IMG/VR virus record: IMGVR_UViG_3300045988_179268 | Coordinates: 255,427-319,426 of that record | Strand: one strand, 5' to 3' | DNA: 64,000 nt | Source: a virus | Shown here: one piece after another, positions 34,249-42,844 of the stretch | Layout of the letters: each line of letters starts with the position of its first letter | How positions within the stretch are numbered: the stretch's first letter is position 1 | Notes under the pieces: generated by a model | Databases searched by the model: none | What the model was told of the DNA's origin: nothing | The model's input: only the letters and a program-made list of their open reading frames with translations | Position numbers and translations under genes: made by a program

Positions 34249-36660
34249 ATGTCTCCTGTTTATGAGCCTCCACAGAGGTACGGTGAACGTATCGCGAACC
34301 TATGGGGTTCGAACGCGCTAAAGTCCCATGTCTTCGACGCATTAGCGCAGACTTCCGTCTCACAGTCATCTATCCTTAATGCACCTAAGAGTGACTTGAC
34401 GCTACTTGAAAAGCGATGGATTGACTTCTTCACATATATTGGTGTTTCGCCCGAGGTCATTGCCAAGTCGCTGAACAATGTGCGCGATGTTGAGGCGATT
34501 GAGGCTCGCCAAAGCTCAAAGGCTTCTAAGAACGCTGTACTTGAGATGCGTATTGAGCGTAAGAACAGCGTCCAGTCTCCGCCGCCTTACCCTTACAAAG
34601 ATGACGTTAGGGAAACGGATGACCCCACGCTTGCAACTAATCGTGAGCGTGCCGCCCTCTACGACATTGGCGTAGATACGGGCATGAAGTGGGATGAGTG
34701 GCGCACCGAAGATGTGATGTACCTTGAGTATGTCATGTCCCGTTACGGTGGCGAGGGGTTAAACTCAGACCTTTTCGTGTACTACACGCTGTTCACCCCT
34801 ATGAATGTCCGCACGCTACCCAGGCTACTGAATGAGCGTAAAGACAAAGTGGGTACGTACAGTTCTCCGGTACCTTGCCCCTATGTGTTCTCTTACAGCG
34901 ACTATGTATCTTCGGGTCTTAGCCGCCGATTCACCGCGTTCAACGGTGAGTACCTTTACAGCCCAACGCTTAGGGGTGAAAATGAAGAAGTCTTTGACGC
35001 TTTGAGGCGTACAGAAAATGTAGAGCATATTTGCGTTAATGTGGATAAGCTGTCTACCGTTTCTGGGCACACGGTCACCCATCAGAGTTTAGCGTTGTCC
35101 CTGTTGTGGAATGGTGCTTCTAAGAGCACTATTGAGAACACGCTTGCCTCTTCCTTTGAAATTACTGAACATAGCGCCTATTCAACCCTCATTGATGCAC
35201 TGAAAACAAGGAAAAATGGTGAGCCTACCGCGCCGAAGCACGCACTTCATTATGTGCCAACCTCAAAGGTGCCAGCACTCAGCTACTACCCGAACATTTA
35301 CTATAAGCCTGAGATGACATTCACAGGCTTTGACGATAAGGAATACACCCTTAACCCGTGGTCTACCGTGACCGCCAAGTTCATTGGTGTCCCCCTACAG
35401 GAGAGGCTGTACCTGGCATGGCTTGCAGAGAACTACCCTGAACGTGCTGTAGCCCGATATGTCGCCCTCTACACTCCAAGTAAGGACTTTAACGGATTCG
35501 CCAGAGGTGTAGCTATTGGCGACTACCTTGACAAGGCGAAGCGGGCGAAGGGTACTGTAGTCAAAGAAGTCCCTTGCCCGTTTGAAGTACCTATGGAAGC
35601 TGTCTACGACGCAGGTACAGAAAGCGTCCTGTACTACGAGCATCTTAACGTGAAGAACGGTGCTGTGGTAGACATTGGGTGGGATGCCTCTCAGGTATTC
35701 ATTTCCGAGGCTGATTTCAGTGCTTCTCTTGAACAGTCTGCTAAGCCTGAGAAGGCGGTTCAAGAGGAACTTAGCTTTGAGGGGGAGCCGGAACCTGCTG
35801 TTGCGGATGAACAGCCCGCCGTTGAGGAAGCTTCTGTTGAGGATACCTCTGACGAGTTCATGGACTCTATGGCGAAATTGGTTGGGAGTGGCAATACCAC
35901 TAAGGTAGGCGACACCGAGGGGCGCGCCACCGACACGGCTGAGGAAGCTCAGGTAAGCGCCACTAAGGAAAGTGAGGCATATCAGGCACCCTCCACTACC
36001 GAGAAGAAAACTGTCCCTGTAGCACATGCACTTCCTGAATGTGCGCCGCAGTATAAGCCGCTACCTGGTGACAGTAAGCTCGCTATTGATTTTGCGTTGC
36101 CAGGGGTTGATGAGGCAATTGACCACGGCGCATTGAACCGCGCCCAGCAGGAAGCATTGAACATTGCTCGACGTACACCATTCGCCCCTCTAGCGCCTGC
36201 ACCTAAGCATTCTGGGCACACGCTAGGAGATGTGGCTGTGAAGACTTCACAGGCTGTCTCAGGGGTTATGCGTCGCATTATTGCCGCCAATGAGGAAGCT
36301 GTCACTAATGCCCCCCTCAGCGTCATTGCGGCATTACTGAACATTCCGCCTCTGGCTGTGGTGACCATCCTTACCCGTGAACATGGGTGGGGTTCCTCTA
36401 TTGAAGGTCTAGCGGCATTGGTGAATGTTCACCCTGACACAATGTTCAGTGTTTTTGCTAAGCAGTTTGACTCTAACGCACCTTTCAGCTCTGTGCCAGT
36501 AATTTTCGGCATCAGTGTTGATGAGGCACTACGAACACTTATTGGTAACAATGCTGGATTGGATTTGAAGGACATCCCTCTGTCCCTTATTGCGGAAGCG
36601 TTGGGTAAAACGCAGGATGCCATCATTGCCGACAGTATCGGTCTGGGTTCACTACTGTAA
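34249..36660 (+). CDS. Large hypothetical protein (803 aa) with several HTH-like segments and an acidic central region
   Basis: Repeated motifs of the form LS.IA..L(G/N).....(I/V), for example LSVIAALLNIPPLAVVTIL and LSLIAEALGKTQDAIIADSIG. No SD sequence at ATG 34249. Confidence 0.7.
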   Translation: MSPVYEPPQRYGERIANLWGSNALKSHVFDALAQTSVSQSSILNAPKSDLTLLEKRWIDFFTYIGVSPEVIAKSLNNVRDVEAIEARQSSKASKNAVLEMRIERKNSVQSPPPYPYKDDVRETDDPTLATNRERAALYDIGVDTGMKWDEWRTEDVMYLEYVMSRYGGEGLNSDLFVYYTLFTPMNVRTLPRLLNERKDKVGTYSSPVPCPYVFSYSDYVSSGLSRRFTAFNGEYLYSPTLRGENEEVFDALRRTENVEHICVNVDKLSTVSGHTVTHQSLALSLLWNGASKSTIENTLASSFEITEHSAYSTLIDALKTRKNGEPTAPKHALHYVPTSKVPALSYYPNIYYKPEMTFTGFDDKEYTLNPWSTVTAKFIGVPLQERLYLAWLAENYPERAVARYVALYTPSKDFNGFARGVAIGDYLDKAKRAKGTVVKEVPCPFEVPMEAVYDAGTESVLYYEHLNVKNGAVVDIGWDASQVFISEADFSASLEQSAKPEKAVQEELSFEGEPEPAVADEQPAVEEASVEDTSDEFMDSMAKLVGSGNTTKVGDTEGRATDTAEEAQVSATKESEAYQAPSTTEKKTVPVAHALPECAPQYKPLPGDSKLAIDFALPGVDEAIDHGALNRAQQEALNIARRTPFAPLAPAPKHSGHTLGDVAVKTSQAVSGVMRRIIAANEEAVTNAPLSVIAALLNIPPLAVVTILTREHGWGSSIEGLAALVNVHPDTMFSVFAKQFDSNAPFSSVPVIFGISVDEALRTLIGNNAGLDLKDIPLSLIAEALGKTQDAIIADSIGLGSLL

Positions 36661-36679
36661 ACTCAGCCGCTATTAAAAA

Positions 36680-36719
36680 TATTGGGAGGTAGCTCTACTG
36701 TCAGAGTTGCCTCCCAATA
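36680..36719 (+). terminator. Hairpin
   Basis: Stem tattgggagg/cctcccaata. It overlaps the ORF-track start of the next gene. Confidence 0.5.
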
Positions 36720-36772
36720 CCGTAATTATCTCGACAGTTAAGGGAGAGTTTGTTTTGGAAGAGAACGCCACT

Positions 36773-37630
36773 ATGCATCGCACACCACGCATCTACGCAT
36801 ACGTTCGTAGGAGCCCTAACGGTGAGGCAAAGGTTCGCAAGTATATTGAAGAAACATGGGGTAAGGCGACGCTTGATGAGTTTGACTCATATGGCGGCAT
36901 GTACACCGCCCCCAAGTCGGACAACCCTGATTCGACATGCGAAGGCACCGTTTACAAGCATCTTGTCGAAGAGGTAATGGAACCGCTGGATACGCTTATT
37001 GTCCCGAATGTTCTATCCCTAGAAGGTAAAAATGAATGCATGGCTCACCGGCTTTGGGAGTTGCGTTCTGACGATAAAAGCTTCGTATGCATCAATTCAC
37101 CAGACTACAACTTCACGCCTGAGGATGATGCCGATTTCATTTTCCACCTCATTATAGGTTATGAGTTTAAGCAACTCATGAAAGGGAAGGTTGATAACGT
37201 TGCTCTACTGCCTATTCCCAAAAGCTTGCAACACAAGGTGAAACACGAATCTACCCCAGCAGGCGAATATGTCGCTGACACTCTACCCATTCCTCTAACC
37301 CCCGAGGGTGAGGTTATTGCTGAGAAGCCAGAGTCGCTTGGCGACTGGTCTGTGAGTAAGCTGTCGGAGCATACTCAGCGCCAAGCCACCGACCTTGCCG
37401 ATAACATTATCTCAGCGAATAGAAAACAGCTATCCATGTTACCTGCCGGTCAGTTCGAAGATTTTACTGGAATCAACCCCGTACAGGCGTTGCTTACCCC
37501 TGGGTTTGATGTACAGTCACAGTTGTTCGCCGCACGGGATGCTGTTGCTAAGAAAACATTTAGTAGCTTGAGTAAGACCTTGAACGTCCCTGTGGATAAG
37601 TTAGTTTCGCAGGCATTGGGTCTGAGTTAA
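36773..37630 (+). CDS. Serine-recombinase (resolvase)-like protein, possibly degenerate
   Basis: RIYAYVRRSPNGE compares with the resolvase motif YxRVSTxxQ. DTLIVPNVLSLEG compares with GDxLVVxxLDRLxR, with the Arg residues missing. There is a C-terminal HTH-like SLSKTLNVPVDKLVSQALG. Confidence 0.3.
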   Translation: MHRTPRIYAYVRRSPNGEAKVRKYIEETWGKATLDEFDSYGGMYTAPKSDNPDSTCEGTVYKHLVEEVMEPLDTLIVPNVLSLEGKNECMAHRLWELRSDDKSFVCINSPDYNFTPEDDADFIFHLIIGYEFKQLMKGKVDNVALLPIPKSLQHKVKHESTPAGEYVADTLPIPLTPEGEVIAEKPESLGDWSVSKLSEHTQRQATDLADNIISANRKQLSMLPAGQFEDFTGINPVQALLTPGFDVQSQLFAARDAVAKKTFSSLSKTLNVPVDKLVSQALGLS

Positions 37631-37652
37631 AAGTAGCACCCAGAATTTAAAG

Positions 37653-37717
37653 ATGAGAAGTCCCTAAGATTTTTATTGCCATTACTTGTGGCACCGAAAA
37701 TCTTAGGGACTTCTCAT
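37653..37717 (+). terminator. Hairpin terminator
   Basis: 21-bp perfect stem atgagaagtccctaagatttt/aaaatcttagggacttctcat. Confidence 0.75.
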
Positions 37718-37741
37718 TATTGGGGCGGTAACACTGAAACT

Positions 37742-37754
37742 CTTTGATATATAT
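37742..37754 (+). promoter_or_regulatory. CTTTGATATATAT motif (second promoter-like class)
   Basis: About 155 nt upstream of ATG 37910. One of five related copies in the window. Confidence 0.35.
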
Positions 37755-37909
37755 TACGTGACAGTTCAAACACCATAAACTGAGCCCCGATTTGTGAAGC
37801 AGAACGTGTTGTATGAAGTTGCTATCACAAGGAACTGTAAGAACCTAAGAGCGTGGCGTATGCCGCCGGGGTTCAGCACCTAGTATATAAAGATGGAGAA
37901 AAATTAATT

Positions 37910-39580
37910 ATGGCTGGTCTACATTTTAGTCCTTTCCTTCCGCCTTTCCCTGGTGTGGGCGTTTGTAAAGCAATGAGTGCCGACACCTGCCCCTATGGTG
38001 GTGCAGATACTCACATTATCACCGAGTACCTGCCGCCTGAGATGCAGGAAATGCTTCTTGGTGACCCGCCTATCTACCCGCCAAAGAGTGCTATCAATAA
38101 GGCTCTTGAAGCTTCCATGAGTACCGCCGGTACCCGCATGTTCATGAAGTTCATTAATGATAGGGCTAAGCCTCAAATCATGAACAACTACATTGCTAAG
38201 TCTGTGTCTGGTAGCCGCCGCCGCGCGAAGACAGCGGAGGGTAAGATGATGATTCAGGCTATGCGCGGTAAGGCTGGCGCAAACCTGATGATGAACTCCT
38301 TCAAGAAGTTTAAGGGCAAGTATGGTGACGCTGAGGGTATGGCGAACTACGAGGAGTTCACCAAGTGGCGTACCGAGAACATTGAACAGGAAGATGCCCG
38401 TAAGCTTGCACTTGATGAGTTCCTGGCCCGTAAGGATGCGCCTAGTAACAGTGGTCCTCGTAACGCCGCCGAGAGGAAGCGTAAAGAGGAAGTCCGTGAC
38501 GCTAAGCAGGCGAAGTACGATAAGAAACTTCGTGAGTACCAGGCGCTTCTCGACAGAGGTGTACCCGCTGAGAAGCTTGAGGGTAAGCGTAATGAGCTGA
38601 GGAAACTCGCGCCGAAGAAGACCGGCAACGAGTACATGAAGGACAAGGTTCACAAAGCCTCCCTCGTGAAGGAAACTTCGGTTACTGTCACGAAGAAGGA
38701 CGGCTCCCAGGAAAACATCGACTTCCTTGAACTGTCTGAGAAGAAGTCCTTGGTGAAGGCGTACAACGATAGTGTGGAAGCCGCTAATGACCGCCTAGCA
38801 TACATCATGAGTATTTCTGAGAACCCCGCTATCAAGGATGGCACTGGTATCGGTAACGAAATCTCTCTTGTTCATGAGGGTAGGCGTGTCAATGTTAAGT
38901 TTAACTACAACAAGATTGATACTGACAAGCTGGATGCTTTGCCGAAGAAGGTTCGTGATAGCATCACGAAGGGCAGTAGCACCCGAATCAATATTGAGGG
39001 CTGGGATGCGGCTCTAGCTAACGGTGACATCACTCAGGAAGAGTACGACCTGGTGACGCAGGACGTTAGTGAGATTAACTACCTGTCGCCAAGGCTTGAC
39101 GCTCAGGCTCAGGAAGAGGTTGGTGTTAAGTTTACGCCTCCAGTTAAGAGCCGTTCCGTGAACAGGGTTAAGGACGTTCGTTCCACTCTGAATGATGTTT
39201 GTAGGGACTTTGCTGTAGCTGATAAGGCGTTTAAAGAGAAGTCTGGTGGTAAGACCGCTAAGGAACTTAATAAGGAAGTTCTTGCTGGCTCTAAAGCTAT
39301 TAAAGACCACATGGCTGATGAGTATGCGCCGGGCATGAGCCTTATCATGGGTACTAGTAGCTCTGATGTTGGCACGAACATCGTTCAGTCTTCTAGAAGG
39401 CAGTCTGCGGCTAAATCTGTTCAGACTAAGGTGTTTGGTCCGAGGCTTGATACGCTGATGCGTACCTACGGCACGAGTTCTGCTTCTTACGACTATGAGT
39501 TGATGAAGGAGAAGTTCTCACCCGAGGAATTGAAGGAATACACCTACACGTCGGCTGAGATTACCACTGAGGAAATTTAG
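37910..39580 (+). CDS. Highly charged hypothetical protein with an N-terminal H..C..CPY..H knuckle
   Basis: MAGLHFSPFLPPFPGVGVCKAMSADTCPYGGADTHI. Lys/Glu/Arg-rich body. Confidence 0.7.
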   Translation: MAGLHFSPFLPPFPGVGVCKAMSADTCPYGGADTHIITEYLPPEMQEMLLGDPPIYPPKSAINKALEASMSTAGTRMFMKFINDRAKPQIMNNYIAKSVSGSRRRAKTAEGKMMIQAMRGKAGANLMMNSFKKFKGKYGDAEGMANYEEFTKWRTENIEQEDARKLALDEFLARKDAPSNSGPRNAAERKRKEEVRDAKQAKYDKKLREYQALLDRGVPAEKLEGKRNELRKLAPKKTGNEYMKDKVHKASLVKETSVTVTKKDGSQENIDFLELSEKKSLVKAYNDSVEAANDRLAYIMSISENPAIKDGTGIGNEISLVHEGRRVNVKFNYNKIDTDKLDALPKKVRDSITKGSSTRINIEGWDAALANGDITQEEYDLVTQDVSEINYLSPRLDAQAQEEVGVKFTPPVKSRSVNRVKDVRSTLNDVCRDFAVADKAFKEKSGGKTAKELNKEVLAGSKAIKDHMADEYAPGMSLIMGTSSSDVGTNIVQSSRRQSAAKSVQTKVFGPRLDTLMRTYGTSSASYDYELMKEKFSPEELKEYTYTSAEITTEEI

Positions 39581-39634
39581 TGATTGCTTGACGTGGTAAT
39601 GCGTTAGGTTTGAACAAATAGTATGGTGAAACTG

Positions 39635-39684
39635 AGGTGTGTAGAGTCAGTTGGTCTTTTATGGCTGGCAGGCTCTACACACCT
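39635..39684 (+). terminator. Rho-independent terminator
   Basis: Stem aggtgtgtagag/ctctacacacct followed by ttttcc. Confidence 0.7.
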
Positions 39685-39764
39685 TTTCCATACCTCCGCC
39701 TGCTATACATTTTATGTCGCAACACAACACGTTTTTAGTTTCACTTTACTGTTAGGAGCCTATC

Positions 39765-40736
39765 TTGGCTGAGTCTACGAACAACATTACCCCTGCTAAC
39801 TCTGGTTCCGCTTGGCGTAACAGCGATGAGAAGAGCGTCGTTCCTGCTGAGAGTCTGCGTAATGCGCCTCAGAATCACGCGGAGGATGTTTCCATTGAGG
39901 AGCTGTTGCCGGAGGGTGTGCCTTTCTACGATGAGGAGGAAGGTGTTACGTCTATCCGTGTAGGTAACACTATTCTGTCTTACTCTCAGGATGAGGATTT
40001 TGAGATTCGTTCCTTGGCGGAAGCTTATGAGTTCTTGGGCGCTTTGAAAGCACCTATGGACATTGAACTGCCTGACATTAGTGCTCTCACACCGTTTGAT
40101 GGCTTCCCTGAGAATGTTACGGACATTGAGGAGCCTGTATATGGCCCGGAGCTGGCTTTACATCTCCAGGGTCGCGGCATGGATGTCGAGATGAATAACG
40201 TTGAAGCTCAGTGGCTTGTCACTGGTCTTGCGGCTGATGGTTATGGTGCGTCACCGATTGCTGACCACGGTGGCGACAACAGCATCATTTATTCTCACGT
40301 CCTCACCCCGGATGGTACTGATAGCGAGATTCGTGCTCTTATTTTCAGGTCTGTGCCTGTTGATGGGGTTAGTGACCGTGGCGCTATGGCGTGCTGGGCT
40401 ACTTCCACGCTACTGAGCACCACTGAGCGTCTTGTGCGTCTTTATGAGCGTGATTCGGACGACATGGTTGAAGAGTATGAGCCTCAGGAAGATTATGTTG
40501 ATGCGGCTTCTGCCGTGAAGGTGTTCTCTGTCATTATCCCGGATAGTGAGAAGTCCTCTGCTATTGAGCGTCAGCAGTATGCTGAGTTGCTTGGCTATGT
40601 TGTTGCGCAGTGGTTGGAGCCTGATTTTGAGTTGTTGGATGCCGCCAACGAAGTAGAAGAAGCACGCAAGGAAGAACAGCGCAAGATGTTGGCTGATGCT
40701 AAAGCCGCTAAAGAAGAGGCGAAGAAAGCAAAGTAA
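39765..40736 (+). CDS. Acidic hypothetical protein
   Basis: TTG 39765 follows AGGAG. Confidence 0.65.
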   Translation: MAESTNNITPANSGSAWRNSDEKSVVPAESLRNAPQNHAEDVSIEELLPEGVPFYDEEEGVTSIRVGNTILSYSQDEDFEIRSLAEAYEFLGALKAPMDIELPDISALTPFDGFPENVTDIEEPVYGPELALHLQGRGMDVEMNNVEAQWLVTGLAADGYGASPIADHGGDNSIIYSHVLTPDGTDSEIRALIFRSVPVDGVSDRGAMACWATSTLLSTTERLVRLYERDSDDMVEEYEPQEDYVDAASAVKVFSVIIPDSEKSSAIERQQYAELLGYVVAQWLEPDFELLDAANEVEEARKEEQRKMLADAKAAKEEAKKAK

Positions 40737-40744
40737 ACACTCTT

Positions 40745-40799
40745 AAATATGATGAAGGAGTCCCTGGTCAATGTCGCTGGGGACTCCTTCATCATATTT
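40745..40799. terminator. Bidirectional hairpin
   Basis: 20-bp stem aaatatgatgaaggagtccc/gggactccttcatcatattt. Confidence 0.8.
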
Positions 40800-40808
40800 G
40801 CTATATGG

Positions 40809-41072
40809 TTACTGGTTGGGGAAGGTTAATTCCACTTCTACACCTTCGTTTGCGTAGTGCTTAATGATTGCGGTTGTGGTCTTCTTGAGCACGTCATCAA
40901 TAATTTCCGGGTCTGCGTCAATAACGTAGTCGTGAGCGATGTCTAGACCTTCATTGATGACTGGGTAATGGTCAATAACGGCGTAGTCTTCGCTGTCGAG
41001 GGTGAGGTATGTGACGACATGCTGTTTGTCGCCTGCCTGGATGACTGAGTAGATTGTGGGTGAGATGTTCAA
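40809..41072 (-). CDS. Small acidic hypothetical protein
   Basis: TTG start follows AAGGAAAAA on the minus strand. Confidence 0.55.
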   Translation of the reverse strand: MNISPTIYSVIQAGDKQHVVTYLTLDSEDYAVIDHYPVINEGLDIAHDYVIDADPEIIDDVLKKTTTAIIKHYANEGVEVELTFPNQ

Positions 41073-41158
41073 GACTTTTTCCTTACCTGTTTGATATGTT
41101 CCTAATGATGCGATTCTTCATTAGGGGTTCTGTTGCTCGACCATTATACAGGAGTCCT

Positions 41159-41172
41159 CTTTGGATATATAG
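41159..41172 (+). promoter_or_regulatory. CTTTGGATATATAG motif
   Basis: About 120 nt upstream of ATG 41291. Confidence 0.35.
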
Positions 41173-41290
41173 CTCACCGTTTTGTTTCCGTTAGGGTTAG
41201 ATGCCTGTTGCCGTGTCCTGGTTGGGTGTGTAGCTCTTCTTTGTGTGCCCGCTGTGTTGGAGCCTGGTTTTTACTAGTTTGTTCTTCAAC

Positions 41291-42727
41291 ATGGCGGGTA
41301 TTTTTATGGCTTTTATGCATTTTTCTCCAAGTGACGGCGGAGGGGAATTACGTATGCTTCCGTGTACATCCCCTGACGGCTGTCCTTATAAGAATTTAAA
41401 TAGTGCTACAGTTGGTGTCCCGAAGGTTCACGGAGATATTGCGTTTATGACTTCCGTTCAGGAGTACGTTGGTGCTGTCAATGCTGAGATTGCGGCGGCG
41501 AGTGTTGAGCGTGCTTCGCAGGGGTTGCCTTTGGATACGCCTGAGTTTCGTGAGTGGTTGATGGGTAAGCTGAGGGCTAAGACGCATCCACCGATTCGTG
41601 AGATGGAAGGCGCTGGGTATGCGAATGATGACCCTTGGGCACCGTGGCTCCCTAATGGTGAGTTCACGCCGCTGTATCAGAGTGAGCAGGATAAGGAGGC
41701 GTTGCGCGCCAAGCACCCTGATGCGTCTGAGAAGTGGATTCGAAAAAAGATTGAGTTGGAAACTAGGCAACAGCCAACTATTACTCAGTATGCTGGGCGT
41801 GAGGCATACACGCTTGATTATGAGTATCAGGATGAGTCTTATGCGGTGACTGGTGCACCTTCAACGGATACGACAATCCACGACGTGTTCATCTATACTC
41901 GCGACCCTTTTATTCAGGCGAACCACGGTGGGATACTGAACCTTGACCAGAACGAACAGCACCTTTTCATTGCCGATTATGAGTCCAACCCTGCCCGAAT
42001 TGATAGGGTGGAATGCGACTATAATAACCCGCTACTATCAGGGTTGCCGGTAGAACATATTCAGGCGTATAGGGGTGCCCGACCGTATTTCACTCCTACG
42101 CTTGCTGATAACCCGAAGGTTGAAGGTCTTCCTGACCGCCCAGATTATGATTTTCCCGATGTTGTGTTGAGTGCGCCGCTTATCCGTAAGGATGCTGATG
42201 ATAAGGAACGGGCTTGGGTTTCGCGGCGCAAAGCAGGTGAGAGCATCACGGGTAACGCTTACCGTTCAGGTGCTTTTGAGATGACTGGTGGTTTCTATAA
42301 CTATAACTCTGCTACAGTTACGACAGACCATTTGCGAATCAATGACCAGAATGGTGATTACATTCAGACTCCACATATTTACGCGCCCATATTTAACCGA
42401 AATAGTACTGTCCTAAATATTAAAAGTCCTACGGATGCCAGGTTCTTCGAGGATAGGTTTGTCACCTATGATGAGGGTGCTGACACGTATAGTATTGATT
42501 GGAAGAAGCTTCATGATTTAGGTATTGATATGCTGGTTTTTGATGAGTGTAAAGAGATGTGGGATAACGCCCTCAATCCTCGTGAACAGCGCGGCTTCGC
42601 ATGGGAAGGATTAGACCATTCCATGCAGGCGTATATCGTAAACGGGTCAGCTGTTTGCGGTTGGGTTCGTTATGATACTGGCATGAGGTATGCACCTTAT
42701 GGCGGCGCACGCGGCGGTGGACATTAG
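41291..42727 (+). CDS. Hypothetical protein with an N-terminal H..C..CPY..H knuckle
   Basis: MAGIFMAFMHFSPSDGGGELRMLPCTSPDGCPYKNLNSATVGVPKVHG. The start was chosen by analogy with MAGLHFSP at 37910. No SD sequence. Confidence 0.6.
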   Translation: MAGIFMAFMHFSPSDGGGELRMLPCTSPDGCPYKNLNSATVGVPKVHGDIAFMTSVQEYVGAVNAEIAAASVERASQGLPLDTPEFREWLMGKLRAKTHPPIREMEGAGYANDDPWAPWLPNGEFTPLYQSEQDKEALRAKHPDASEKWIRKKIELETRQQPTITQYAGREAYTLDYEYQDESYAVTGAPSTDTTIHDVFIYTRDPFIQANHGGILNLDQNEQHLFIADYESNPARIDRVECDYNNPLLSGLPVEHIQAYRGARPYFTPTLADNPKVEGLPDRPDYDFPDVVLSAPLIRKDADDKERAWVSRRKAGESITGNAYRSGAFEMTGGFYNYNSATVTTDHLRINDQNGDYIQTPHIYAPIFNRNSTVLNIKSPTDARFFEDRFVTYDEGADTYSIDWKKLHDLGIDMLVFDECKEMWDNALNPREQRGFAWEGLDHSMQAYIVNGSAVCGWVRYDTGMRYAPYGGARGGGH

Positions 42728-42764
42728 CCGCATCTTTGGTGCGGTATCCAGTGCGGCAATGCTT

Positions 42765-42776
42765 TTTGATATATAG
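42765..42776 (+). promoter_or_regulatory. TTTGATATATAG motif
   Basis: About 70 nt upstream of ATG 42845. Confidence 0.35.
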
Positions 42777-42844
42777 GGAGTGGGGGCGGTCTGCTACCAC
42801 ACCCCATTTTTCACTAAAATTTATAAAGAAAAGAGAAAAATTTA

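Noticed and set aside
37919-38653. Long antisense ORFs inside large genes (also 13306-13842, 35395-36027, 45581-46072, 49815-50345 and 52421-53182)
   Set aside because: Each lies wholly within a better-supported sense gene that has family conservation. None has an SD sequence, and their composition is typical of antisense frames.
42772-42780. TATAGGGAG (also at 45362-45370), reminiscent of the T7-type promoter initiation region
   Set aside because: Only the 9 start-proximal bases match, and the upstream specificity region is not shared. No single-subunit RNA polymerase gene is visible in the window. I treat it as part of the CTTTGATATATAG-type motif instead.
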